From Octopus vulgaris (taxonomy: Eukaryota), in contig OX597821.1 of NCBI GenBank assembly GCA_951406725.2, positions 41,974,001-42,038,000 on the forward strand: a DNA stretch of 64,000 nt, written 5' to 3'. Position 1 is the first letter of the stretch, and each line of letters begins with the position of its first letter. The position numbers and the translations under genes were made by a program. Shown in pieces: positions 40,910-53,829 of this stretch. The notes under the pieces were generated by a model. The model was not told the DNA's origin, searched no databases, and saw only the letters and a program-made list of their open reading frames with translations.

Positions 40910-41938
40910 GCAGCGAATGTATACGAAAACAAGGATGGAAAAACGGAGAAATGGTACGCAAATACAAACTTCTCAGTGAAATCAACTATGATAAAAACCA
41001 GTGGCACGAAAGAGGCTGAGGCGACCAGAAACCAACTGAATTTACGGGTTTTTTTATACAAGTTTACCTTCTCCTGAAAGGAAATTCAAGATGGAAGTCT
41101 TTCACACCCAATGGTTCACATGATAGTTAACCCCTAACTGGGACTCGAGCAGGTGCTAGTACGCCATGCCAGAGTAGACCAGGGAACAAGGGTGGTTAAG
41201 AGGTGGTTCCACACTCCTCAAAATCCCTGGAAATCCCATACCAAGCCAGATGCAGTTGAAAGTCTTACCCGGGACATACATACATACATATGTCAAATAT
41301 GTTGTGAGAAAAGCCCACTATGAATATTACAGGCCTTAATACTGTTTAGAATCACAAAAATAATGTTTGGGACCGTTTATCAATGTGGAGGAGATTCACA
41401 GCAAACATAATATCACAAGTTGATGTAGGTCTGGACAGTTCGGTGTTGCTTTAAAAATGGACAGCAACAACACCAACACTAACACCACCGCCTAACTGGC
41501 ACCATCACCAGCAACAACAATGGCAAGCCACCCTATTGTGGTACCATAATTTCGAGCGGCACACCTCAGATAAGATAACGGCAACAATTCGTGTTCAGAT
41601 AACAAAAGGTACCAGGCAAAAGGTGCGTCTATACAACGATATTTTATTTGTTTCAAATCACGAAGAAATCACAAAGGATATCTCCCCCACTCCACCCCAA
41701 CTCTTTATGGGGTGATGAGAGAGGACAAAGAAAATACCTCCTCTTCTTGGTTTATTGTTGTCCAGGTCATGTGGAGTGTGTCACGAGTGAGGTTAGTTTA
41801 GCGTTAACGGTTCAGTGAATTTACCTGCAACAACATGATTAGTAATTATAAAACATAAACTTACCATCATCTGTGAAGCACACCTACCATTGAAAGGGCT
41901 CATTAGGAAGATAATAATGACCACCTGATATCATTATG

Positions 41939-41996
<58 letters not shown>

Positions 41997-42064
41997 GCGG
42001 TTACGATAAGCAGGTCCCACTGTGTTTAAATAAATATATACATACATGCACACACACAAACACA

Positions 42065-42129
<65 letters not shown>

Positions 42130-42213
42130 ATATTATCTTATAATATACATATAGATTGTAAAACGTGAAAATGCATTGGAATCTTATATATATTATTTAT
42201 AACAATACACACA

Positions 42214-42254
<41 letters not shown>

Positions 42255-42263
<9 letters not shown>

Positions 42264-42623
42264 CTGAAGTTGTCTGTGTATGGCAGGTTTGGTAGCCTTC
42301 AACTAACACTATCTCCTCCGAGACCTTGCGGCGCAAGTTGACCAAAATTGAGAGTATGATAGAATAAGGCTTGCTCTTATTTAAATCGGACTACGTTAAC
42401 ACCAAAAAATATTTACATCAAAAAGGTGCTTTTTTTTTTCTATGAAAATTCCTATTTTTTACGATTTTTTTACTGCTGTGTCGCCATTTTTCGGTGTATT
42501 TCAACCAGAAAAATGTTCACTTAGAGAGAATAACAAGCTACATAATACAAAAGTTTTACTTTTCAAAAATTCCAATTCTAAAGGGTTGAAACAAATCCGA
42601 GCAACGCTGGGCGATACTGCTAG
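42255..42623 (+). mobile_element. Non-autonomous Helitron-like element
   Basis: Starts in TATATATAAAG; ends in a CCGAGCAACGCTGG hairpin followed by CTAG|T; no TSD. Confidence 0.7.
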
Positions 42624-42725
42624 TATATATATTATATATATAGTTGAAATTTACAAAAAACAAAACGTAGATAGGTATATAAACAAGCAGCTATATTAGT
42701 CTGACACTCTGGAAGGTGAGAGAGT

Positions 42726-42761
42726 CTTTTACGTTTCGAGCCTACGCTCTTCAATAGAAAG
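42726..42761 (-). ncRNA. Degenerate minimal hammerhead motif
   Basis: CUUU-CUAUUGA-A-GAGC-GUAG-GCUC-GAAA-CG-UA-AAAG; core mutated; in a short element between TA tracts. Confidence 0.45.
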
Positions 42762-42830
42762 GAACACGATGAAATAAACAAAGAGAGAATAAAAATAAAA
42801 ACTTGTGGATTTAGTTGGACATGTGAGCTA

Positions 42831-42937
<107 letters not shown>

Positions 42938-42961
42938 TGTATGTATATATATATGTATATG

Positions 42962-43480
42962 TATAAGGATAAAAAGGAACACACGAGTTGATATATATGG
43001 AAAAAAAAGTCAAGGTAGAAAATGTTAAAATAATTTTACAAAAAACATTTCAGTACCGGTTCCAGTCATTGAGACTTTTTCAACTGTAACAATTAAACAA
43101 TTAAATTTAGAAAAATTAAAAGAAAAGTTTTTTTAAAAGAATATTTGTATAGTGTTCAAATACAAGTGGCATTTTCCTTTGTTTCTGCCTGTCTCTGTCT
43201 CTCTTGTTTACTCTTGTGGGTTCGAGGTCCTTGTGAATTCTTGGTACAAGGACCTCGAACCCACAAGAGTAAACAAGAGAGACAGAGACAGGCAGAAACA
43301 AAGGAAAATACCACTTGTATTTGAACACTATACAAATATTCTTTTAAAAAAAAATTTCTTTTAATTTTTCTAAATTTAATTGTTTAATTGTTACAGTTGA
43401 AAAAGTCTCAATGACTGGAAGCGGTACTGAAATGTTTTTTGTAAAATTATTTTAACATTTTCTACCTTGACTTTTTTCCC
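42962..43480 (-). mobile_element. Young PLE-like fold-back element in a microsatellite
   Basis: ~235-bp near-perfect arms (about 43000-43234 / 43246-43480), 11-nt loop, short extension on the left, flanked by (TG)n/(TA)n. Confidence 0.8.
43051..43086 (-). ncRNA. Minimal hammerhead variant with U3-A8 core
   Basis: CAG-UUGAAAA-AGUC-UCAAU-GACU-GGAA-CCGG-UA-CUG; mirror copy at 43394-43429 (+). Confidence 0.55.
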
Positions 43481-43516
<36 letters not shown>

Positions 43517-44099
43517 TCAGGTTGAGTAAAAAGTAAGCAACGTTTTGAACCATGAAGTATTTGTACTGGATTTTTGCAGAGTCTTGAAGTTTTTAAACAT
43601 TTTCTTTTGCAATTGTTTGATCATAAAGATATAGTTTTGCCAAATGCATCAATAAATTAGCATTGATATTTTTTTCACCGTTGTTCCAATCATCTCTGAC
43701 CGAGTTGGTCGCGAATTTTGTTTGTGCGTCGTTCGAAAGGAATGCTGGATTATATCTGTTATTAACTGTTGTCTTGAGACACTTGCTTTTGCTGCCTTAC
43801 AGCAGTCTTGTTAACGCTGTCCCCCTTGTTTGAAGGGGGAGGCGCATTACTTGCGTTTTCGTGATGTATGAAGATATGAATTCTTCAGACGTCGTTAGGT
43901 CTGAAGAAGAATTACTGAGAAGTTTGGTTATTGCAGACCAGCAAAAATGAAGATGGAATAAAATGAATTTTGCAGTTGCGGCTGAGGAAAAAACCGAAAA
44001 AATTTATTTTAAGAAGGCAGGCTTAAAAAAGTACAAGGAAATCCTGCGAAGAGAGGGGCCCGCGGTAAAAGTGGCCCCTTCTAGTGAAGTTGCAAGGGA

Positions 44100-44530
44100 C
44101 ACACAAAGACAGTAATATACAGAACGTATAATCTGGAGGCAAAGAAAATGTAGATAGTAACAAAAATGCAAGTAGAGAAGACTTTGAGATCCAACTGGCA
44201 GGATGTCATATTGCCAGAAGGAGAAACTACGCTACGTTGGAGGTGCGATTTGCATCCCAGAAGAATGTCAGGCAGCATTCAGTAGCCTCCCTGAAAACAG
44301 TCGAGGTAATACTTCTGCTTACTTACCTTGGAAGACGTGATTCCAGGGTAAGGGTGGAAAAGATTCCCCCCGGAGGTAGATGTCGCCTGGCTGGTGGCTG
44401 CAATATTGTTGGATGTTGAAGAGAAGATAGAGTTCCTCCGAGTAACGAGAACGCCACCGAAGAATTGGCAAGGGCAGACCCTGGAAATAATCATACAGGC
44501 AGCACCGGAGAACCTCGAAAGAATGGTAGA
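44100..44530 (+). pseudogene. Possible non-LTR ORF1 (gag-like) fragment abutting the hAT remnant
   Basis: Coding-like, frameshifted (LKTVEVILLLTYLGRRDSRVRVEKIPP); composition differs from the flanks; assignment tentative. Confidence 0.35.
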
Positions 44531-46030
44531 CACATAGTGTACAAACCATCTAGTTACACTTAGGCTCTTTAGAGAAAAGGCTAGGTTGCCCTGTGTGTTC
44601 AAAATCCCCCATCTTTGAGGAGATTCAGAAACGAAAACATACAGCCGCTGTAAGATGCCAAAATAGTCAACAACTTCAGGTACAGTAGACACTTCCTTTA
44701 ACCAAACAAGGTTGAGTGAATGGCTTGCACGTGGTACATAATCTGCAAACCTGTCAATCTTTTTAAGAAGTGCTTGCAGCGCTTTCTCTGATCCTTTCAT
44801 GTTGGAAGCATTATCGTATGACTGACCATGGATATTTTCAAATGAAAGCTTATGCTCCCCCAGAAATTATTTTGTTGAACAAGGACGTGGGTGAATGTTT
44901 TTCAATTGGCAAAAATGCTATAAAAAAATCTCTCACAGGGCTTTCCATTATAACCGTATCGAACCACAATTACCAGCTGGTCACCATGTATCATGTCAGG
45001 TGTAGAGTCAACAATAATTGAGTAGTATTTGATGTCTAGGTTGTTGATCTGATTCACCACTTCATCTTTCACGTTTTCCCATGATTTCTATCAATTCTTC
45101 ATACATTGATTTGGATAGGTAAGTAATATTTACCTTTTAATTTTTGCATTTCTCAAAATGTTCATGTAAAAATAGGTCAAATTCCGCGATAAGCTCAATG
45201 GCCCCCATGAAATTTCCATTGCTTGGGGAGCCCCACTTTTCCTCATGACCTCTAAATGCTAAACCTCTTTCACTTTTTAAGTACTTCAAAATAGTACTGC
45301 ATGTTTTTTTTTCCCAACTGTTCCTCAAGGTTGATCCACAATGTTTTTATTTGACTCTCATGTTAGCCAGCTCAACATCCCCTGTTATGTTCCATGCTGT
45401 CTTCATGATTTTCTAGAGTTCTGAGTATATTCATCCTATCAGAAAACCCACCCGTTGTATGTGACATTTGGCATTTAGAAAAGAGTTTACTCTTTGAGTA
45501 AACTAACCAGGATCTCATCACAGTCAGACCATTTTTCAATTTTCTTTCAAAATATTTGTTTGAGAAACTTCGATTTTGCAGTTTCTAAATCTTGTTGGAT
45601 TCAGTATATACATTATCTGTTTTTTTTTTCATTTTGAAACAAAAATGATGTCTTGCATGAAACAGTTTTGTATGAAATCATTATCAATTGTTACGGGCCA
45701 GTTTGTCAGGTCACTGTATTCTCTGAAATCACTAAATTTCCTTCCTGTTTCTGTTCTCTCTTTTCTAGAAGTTCTTGACCACCGTGATCATCATCTTCAC
45801 CAAAAGTGTCAACAGTAGGTCGATTATTGCTAAACAGAGCACTCATGGTTTATGCTCTATCATTGACTTCAATGGGGCCTGCATGGCTTGTTTCAGTTAC
45901 AGGTGATGATAAACTTCAACTTGATATTGTAAAACAGTTTGATACTTTTTGACATTTAGAAATTTCGTTATAATGTTTTTCATTGAGTTGGCGTTTCTGG
46001 TATCCGCTTAAGTACTTTCTTGAAGATATT
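44530..46030 (-). pseudogene. Decayed hAT (ZMYM1-like) transposase
   Basis: RGLAFRGHEEKWGSPSNGNFMGAIELIAEFD and YDNASNMKG...YVPRASHSLNLV motifs; many stops and frameshifts. Confidence 0.85.
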
Positions 46031-46919
46031 GCTATTCCTTTTGGGGCCTAGACCTCTGTGAAAAGAAATTGGGGTAACATTTTCATTAGCCACAGTGAGA
46101 CAGAGATCGATCAAGATAAGGGTCCACAACTTAATACATACTCATAAATGTAGAATTGTTCATTTTGTAAAAGGTGATATTCAAACAATTTTCAAAGTAG
46201 AAAAAATGCTTTGTTACTGAACAGATTGTAAATCCAAAATTAGGAGGTAAACCCTTTCATTGGTCATTAAATAATGGTGTGAAAATAAGAATTCTTATCT
46301 CTTCCGTGCTGATGTAGTAGTAGACATATTTGATAATATGAGCAGTATGAAGAATTTGAAGAAACTGATTGGAGCCTTGAGCAAAGAGGAAAATCTCAGT
46401 CCAAAATCTTTCTATCTTATTTACTACAAAGGCTCTTTCACCACTGAGAACAAACTACCTGCTCTTCCCGATCACAGATAGATGGCGGAGAGATCTTCAC
46501 ACTGGTCACGGCTGACAACCAAATCCATCCGTCTGGCACGTGACAATGACATCGTTTCATAAGTCCACAATACTCGGTCATTGAACGAATGCGCCCAGAA
46601 AGGGATCGTTGCTCTGTGCACTTGCTCAGGCTAGAGTGACGATTCTGCTCTACCTTTGAAGTTTGTCCCGAACCAACAATATCCCTCTTCTTCTTGGCAG
46701 CTGAGACAGAAGCGGAGAATTCTGGAAATCGTCTAAAGACAATGGTCAGAAAGATCCTCCCAGTTAATCTGCTCTATATAAACACAATTCTACACTCGCG
46801 AAAGACAATACCGTACACACCTCCAGGGCTCGGGGGGTGTAGATAGCAGTTTAGTTCGAAGCTCGCATGAAACTGTAGAAAACATGACAACATCGCACAC
46901 ACACGCACACACACTCACA

Positions 46920-46952
<33 letters not shown>

Positions 46953-47719
46953 CGAAGCTGAACAATACAAACTACCGCACGCCCTAAGGCGCCTATGACG
47001 ACCGACAGCATCGAATAACAAAACATAATCTGCTCTTAAACCTCGAAATACAACATAATGATGACAGGGCAGTATTATTCACGTGTTTAATTTTTATGAA
47101 ACCTTTTTTGCTATTGTTGTTGTTGTTGTTGTTCTTATTGTTGTTGATTGGGCGAGTATGTGAGTAGCTGGAGAAAACATTTTTCGTCATAGCCTCTAAG
47201 CCTTTGTTAAACTACTAATTACCTATAAAAGGTAAGTTAGTGCTAACCTACTTCATACTTTTCAGTATTAAAGTGGTAGCAAGACATGAATAGACGTTGA
47301 GGTTATAACGATGTTAGCAAACGAGTAATAATGCTTCAGTTTTTCGGCAAATACACGGGAGACAACTTCGGATTAGTTTTGATATTATTCTGACGTCATT
47401 GGTGAAGCAGAGTCTCCGATGTACATGACGAAGCAATGACGAGCGAATCACTAAATAAATATACAAGATTGTTAACAGTTGGCGATGATGAAAAATAATA
47501 CAATGTTTAGAAATGAAATAATTTAGAGAATGTTCAGAAAATATTTTATCCAGTCACGCCATCGACAGAAGAGAGTAATAGTTAAGTGTTTGGTGTTAAT
47601 AAGTTTAACGCACGGAGCAGTAAAACGCAAAATAGAAATAAATGTGCAGGGAGGATATATTTATACATTGTAGATGATTGTATTTCGTTACTACTTCAGT
47701 CAGCACCACGAGGGTTATA

Positions 47720-47761
47720 CTTCGCTGATAAGGTCAGATTAAGACCGAAACATGTTCTAAG
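47720..47761 (+). ncRNA. Minimal hammerhead motif (G8A, probably inactive)
   Basis: CUUCG-CUGAUAA-GGUC-AGAUUAA-GACC-GAAA-CAUG-UU-CUAAG. Confidence 0.55.
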
Positions 47762-47886
47762 TTGATGTTCGCATTAAAACAATATTAGTCACTGGCTGAT
47801 TTTGTTCTTTTTGGGGTTTTTTTCTTCGTCTAATATCCTGTCGCGAACAATCGCTGGTGGTTTCCTTTACTAGTGTTATGTCCTTG

Positions 47887-48599
47887 TAGGGCCGGCTCAA
47901 GGTACCAGCAACTCGGACACTCACCCGGGGCTCGAATTTTTTTCCCACGATAGTTCCGAACTCCAGTAATGAACTCATTTGCATACAGCCAATCAGAGCT
48001 CACTTTGACCTTGTTGTCAAGTTAACAGAGGTTGGCATTCAAGAACGGTGTTGTAAGTCGACCGATCGCCCATGTTATGCCTGATTTTAGAAGGCGACAA
48101 GTAATTAGATAGATTTAAATCTATACTTATTATCGGATTTTGTTAGGGCCCCATATGGTAAAGATGTGGATGGGGAAAATGTGGGTAGAGGGTGATGTGA
48201 TAGCAACCACCACCCCGTTACTGTTTTAGAAAGTAAACAACAACACAAATAACTACGCAGAGACAGCCATGGTTGAAACAAGAACAAGAACAACAAGCAT
48301 TATTAAAAGTGAAAACAAGCATGGTCATTCCTTACCCAAGTGACCTTATCTTATCGCCCATCACTTATTATGCGCTCATAAATTTGCTTGATAGTTGAGC
48401 TCTGATTGGCTGTATGCAAATGATTTCATAACTGGGGTCCGGAACTCTCGTGGGGAAAAAAATTTCTCGCTCAGGGCGCCATGTGCTTCTTAGTCTACAT
48501 TTTCAGTTATTCTTCTTGTGAAAGTTTTTAAAAATTATACTTGTAAGGGCGCCGAAGTTCAGCTTACCCAGAGCGCCAGCAACCCTAGGGCCAGCCGTG
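47887..48599. mobile_element. Non-autonomous hAT element with an internal long inverted repeat
   Basis: TIRs TAGGGCCGGC / GCCAGCCGTG; exact 8-bp TSD TGTCCTTG; inner IR 47937-48002 / 48396-48461. Confidence 0.85.
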
Positions 48600-49181
48600 T
48601 GTCCTTGCCACGGAATACAAAAACAGTTTACCGTTGCTTCCCCTCGGATGTGTTTATATAAAGACACCATCTTCTTGGCTAGATTCAGACAATTTTGCTA
48701 CAACGTAAAGAGCCAGAACAAACACAGAACAGCATTTCATCCACCGCACTATAAATTCCGCCAATTCATCGGACTGCTCAGAAAATTTATTTTATCGATG
48801 AAAACCCAAATTACATTTTATCAGTGACGACCCAAATACAAAAATTCGGCTGGGCTAGAATTCAGAACAGTTTTACTACTTTACCGCAATATTTAAGCCT
48901 TTTGTTATCATATTCCTGTTGAAGTGTACAGCTTTTGTTTTAATTCATTTTGAAAATAATAAAGAATTTAGTGAAAAAATTTTGCTATTATTAAGCTGGT
49001 ATTTGCTTTGTGGGCAGGGAGTTGGTCCATTGAAAGAAACTATTTAGTTTTTATCATATCGACAGTAATGTGATGCTGTCGGAGACAATTAACCATCACT
49101 AGTCGTCAACGTGATTGAAGAAAATTTTATAAGGAGGTGTAGACAAAAGGAGCGTGGTATAAATGACATATATCTCGATAA

Positions 49182-49590
49182 GGCGGCGAGCTGGCAGAAT
49201 CGTTGGCGCGCCGGGCGAAATGCTTAGCGGTATTTCGTCTGCCGTTACGTTCTGAGTTCAAATTCTGCCGAGGTCGACTTTGCCTTTCATCCTTTCGGGG
49301 TCGATTAAATAAGTACTAGTTACGCACTGGGGTTGATGTAATCGACTTAATCCGTTTGTCTGTCTTTGTTTGTCCTCTCTGTGTTTAGCCCCTTGTGGGT
49401 AGTAAAGAAATAGAAATAGGTATTTCGTCTGCCGTTACGTTCTGAGTTCAAATTCCGCCGAGGTCGACTTTGCCTTTTATCCTTTCGGGGCCGATTAAAA
49501 AAGTACTAGTTACGCACTGGGGTCGATGTAATCGACTTAATCTGTTTGTCCCCTCTGTGTTTAGCCCCTTGTGGGTAGTAAAGAAATAGG
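49182..49590 (+). mobile_element. Dimeric SINE B with 22-bp TSD
   Basis: TSD GGTATAAATGACATATATCTCG at 49156-49177 and 49589-49610; second unit restarts at the internal GGTATTTC. Confidence 0.9.
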
Positions 49591-49827
49591 TATAAATGAC
49601 ATATATCTCGTTAGCTTTACGATACTGGATTCAAACAGCCCTGATGTAAAACCTGCAAGGCAGGGTCTTATGCTCGTTATAATCTGCTAGAAATAGCAGC
49701 CGGACATATCCCTCAAATCACATCCGATCGTCTCAGATACAATAAAAGACGATGTGATCCCAAGTCTGCTCGCTCGGAACACTTTTGATTGTAGACCTGC
49801 TTGATCAGGATTGACTTTTGGAGTTTA

Positions 49828-49856
49828 ACTACTACTACTACTACTGCTACTACTAT

Positions 49857-49887
<31 letters not shown>

Positions 49888-50462
49888 GTTGCTGCTGCTG
49901 CTGCTACTGCCGCTACTGCTACTACTACTACTACTGCTGCTACTACTGCTACCGCTACTGCTACTACTACTACTACTACCACCACCACCACTACCACTAC
50001 CACTGCTGGGGCTACTACTACTACTACCACCACCACAACCACCACCACTACTACTAATACTACCACCACCACAACCACCACAACCACTACTACTGCTGCT
50101 ACTACTACTACTACCACCACCATCACAACTACCACTACTGCTGCTACTACTACTACCTATTTCTTTATTACCTACGAGGGGCTAAACACAGAGGGGACAA
50201 ACAAGGACAGACATAGGTATTAAGTCGATTACATCGACCCCAGTGCGTAACTGGTGCTTAATTTATCGACCCTGAAAGGATGAAAGGCAAAGTCGACCTC
50301 GGCGGAATTTGAACTCACAACGTAACGGCAGACGAAATACCGCTAAGCATTTCGCCCGGCGCGCTAACGTCTCTGCCACCACCACCACAACCACCACTAC
50401 CACCACCACCACTACCACTACTACTACTACTACCACCACCACCACAACCACCACTACTGCTG

Positions 50463-50505
<43 letters not shown>

Positions 50506-50580
50506 GACTACTACTACTACCATCACTGCCTCTACTGCTACTGCTGTTGCTACTACTAATACTACTACTACTGCCACCAC
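49828..50580. repeat. (CTA/CCA)n microsatellite with a SINE B (50157-50378, -) inserted
   Basis: Directly visible. Confidence 0.9.
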
Positions 50581-51119
50581 TATACCGACAACACTCTCAG
50601 TACCTTAAATCCGACAATGCTGGTAGAAATTCCAGCATATATGACCTAATAAACGGATTGCTCCTTGAAATTGGGAGCAGATTTTAAACATGGATTTCGT
50701 ATCAAACAGAATTTAGCTCATGTCTAGGGTCTCTGAAAATAAGAGGTGGATACGAACCCTATGGATTCATGGAAAACTTTCACGGAAGATTTTATCCGAG
50801 AAGATCAAATAAGTACAAGCCGTCAAAAGATGGTGTTTAACACCTGGTCGGACCTTGTCGTCCAGATTTATATTTAGAAGAATTCCGGTCGTGACTAACC
50901 TGTCTTTTTAGCGGTGTCTAAGAACTTATTACACTCTAATGCCTTTAATAAGCCAGATGGGGATGATTTGAGGAATTTGGGGCTGTTGTTTCTAGCATAT
51001 CGAGTGATCGCGTCGAGATCCTCTTATCGTACTAAAAAGTGTTAATTATTACAGTTCTAACACAATTACGTTGATGGGTATTTAAATAAAATATCTGGAG
51101 TTTTTTATTTACCTTGCAG

Positions 51120-51248
51120 GGCTGGAGAGTAGATTGTATGATGAAAAACTTGCTGAAGGATCGGTGGTTAGTGACCTACAATCAGAATCGCGATGGTTCC
51201 TTAGCCAAAACAACTTTTTCCCTTCTGAACAACGCCGCACAACTTTCT
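51120..51248 (+). other. Candidate host exon
   Basis: Acceptor TTTTTTATTTACCTTGCAG| and donor |GTAAGT; 129 nt, open in two frames (e.g. GWRVDCMMKNLLKDRWLVTYNQNRDGSLAKTTFSLLNNAAQL); no recognised homology. Confidence 0.3.
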
Positions 51249-51527
51249 GTAAGTTGTTATAATAGAATTTGTTGTTGTTCACTGCTACTACCAGGGCAAA
51301 CAGTAGCGCCGAGTGAAGAAGCATTGGTGAGCAAAATGGCAATCGGTATATTTGTTATTTGACACAAATACATATTTACAATAAACACGAATACCTGAAT
51401 GACATTGTTTGATATTTTCGTGGCTGGAGTTGAAATGTTTTCACGTTAACATGACAAGGTAAACAGTCTGACATTTATGACAGGTAAAAACAAAAAAATT
51501 ACTTGGAAAGACTCACAGTTGGTTATT

Positions 51528-52486
51528 GGCAGAAACGTTAGCACGCCGGGCGAAATGCTTTGTGGTATTCCGTCCGCCGTTACGTTCTAAGTTCAAATTC
51601 CGCCGAGGTCGACTTTGTGTTTCATCCTTTCGGGGTCGATAAATTAAGTACTAGTTACGCACTGGGGTCGATGTAATCGACTTAATCCGTTTGTCTGTCC
51701 TTGTTTGTCCCCTCTGTGTTTAGCCCCTTGTGGGTAGTAAAGAAATAGGTATTTTGTCTGTCTTTACGTTCAGAGTTCAAATTCCGCCGAGGTCGACTTT
51801 GCGTTTCATCCTTTCGGGGTCGATTAAATAAGTACCAGTTACGCACTGGGGTCGATGTAATCGACTTAATCCGTTTGTCTGTCCTTGTTTGTCCTCTCTG
51901 TGTTTAGCCCCTTTTGGGTAGTAAAGAAATATGTATTTTTTCTGTCTTTACGTTCTGAGTTCAAATTCCGCCGAGGTCGACTTTGCCTTTCATTCTTTCG
52001 GGGTCGATAAATTAAGTACTAGTTACGCACTGGGGTCGATGTAATCGACTTAATCCGTTTGTCTGTCCTTGTTTGTCCCCTCTGTGTTTAGCCCCTTGTG
52101 GGTAGTAAAGAAATAGGTATTTTGTCTGTCTTTACGTTCAGAGTTCAAATTCCGCCGAGGTCGACTTTGCGTTTCATCCTTTCGGGGTCGATTAAATAAG
52201 TACCAGTTACGCACTGGGGTCGATGTAATCGACTTAATCCGTTTGTCTGTCCTTGTTTGTCCTCTCTGTGTTTAGCCCCTTTTGGGTAGTAAAGAAATAT
52301 GTATTTTTTCTGTCTTTACGTTCTGAGTTCAAATTCCGCCGAGGTCGACTTTGCCTTTCATTCTTTCGGGGTCGATAAATTAAGTACTAGTTACGCACTG
52401 GGGTCGATGTAATCGACTTAATCCGTTTGTCTGTCCTTGTTTGTCCCCTCTGTGTTTAGCCCCTTGTGGGTAGTAAAGAAATAGGT
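51528..52486 (+). repeat. Tandem array of five 184-bp SINE B units
   Basis: Units start at 51580, 51764, 51948, 52132 and 52316; units 2 and 4 match, as do 3 and 5. Confidence 0.9.
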
Positions 52487-53497
52487 TATGTCTCTGTTGC
52501 TTTTCTCGCAGTGTATAAGCCTTAACTTCCTAACGAGTTGGCAAAGCGTGGAGCCTGCTTTAAATTAATCGCTTCTTTTTTTTTTTTTTCGGTTTCGCTT
52601 TACTAATAATTCTAGTGCGTTTGGAAAGGCATGAATGTCACACAGTGATAGTTCCTTACTCTTGAATAAATCTGGATCACAGTGTAAAACTGAAATTAAT
52701 AAACATGAATTGTCATCGCCCTAATAATAATACTTTTTTCTACTATAAGTAAAAGTGCTATTTGGGGTAAGTCGGTTATATCGGCCTCAGTAATAAGCTG
52801 GTACTTGATTTTATCGACCCCAAAAAGATAAAAGGGAAGCCGTCCTTGACGGAATTTGAACTCACAACGTAAAGCGCTGGATGAATTGCCAGTAAGCTAA
52901 TCCGATGTGTTTACAACTTTACCTGCACTTCACTCACTTTTTTTGCATGTTTTAATAAAAGAGATGTCTTTGTATTTAACTCATTGACGCTAGAATTCAT
53001 ACACCCATGAGTCTAACCATTCAATTAAACGGTTCAAGTTGGTTTAACTCTCCTCTAAAAGACGTCATCTGCGACCGTGGAATCTATAATTCTAAGACAT
53101 ACCGAAAATTCAAACTATCATTTCCATCTGAGACAAGAGAAGATTTTTTTGTAATTAATTTATTATTGTAATTATTGTTAGAGTAATATGATAATATGAA
53201 GATGTAGTTCTTTCTGAAGATGTCGGTTCAATTAAGTGCTATGACGTCATCAAATAAATTAGTTACAGAATTATTTTACGTTGTGACGAGGTGAGAGCAA
53301 AGAATGTTCTGCATCTACAGCCATATCTCACCATATTGCACGATATTATCTCATAGCATACAGCTGCAGATATGTATGTGTTTATATGTATGTATATATG
53401 AAAAATGTGTCTATATATATAGAGAGAGAGAGAAAGAGAGAGAGATTTACATAAGACTAAATATGTACATATATATATATACATGTACATATATATG

Positions 53498-53551
<54 letters not shown>

Positions 53552-53629
53552 TAGATATATATGTATAGGTATGTATATATGTATATATATAAGTATGCAT
53601 AAATCTATATATATATGTATGTATATATT

Positions 53630-53663
<34 letters not shown>

Positions 53664-53696
53664 GTATATATGTATATATATATATATATAGGTATG

Positions 53697-53734
<38 letters not shown>

Positions 53735-53829
53735 TATGTATGTATATATATATATGTGTGTGTGTGTAGTTGGTTAGTTAGTCAGTTAGTCAATTCGTTC
53801 ATTTGTTCGTTCGTTTCTCTTATTCCATT

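Noticed and set aside
43881-43908. Hairpin containing CTGAAGA on both strands
   Set aside because: Simple 10-bp inverted repeat; no GAAA or cleavage-site strand
44530-46030. Host ZMYM1 gene
   Set aside because: Intronless and full of stops and frameshifts; a hAT transposase fossil
49713-50608. Mucin-like poly-Thr ORFs
   Set aside because: (CTA/CCA)n repeat interrupted by a SINE; no signal peptide or exon boundaries
51528-52486. CRISPR-like regular array
   Set aside because: The units are whole 184-bp SINE copies with no unique spacers; eukaryotic context and no cas genes
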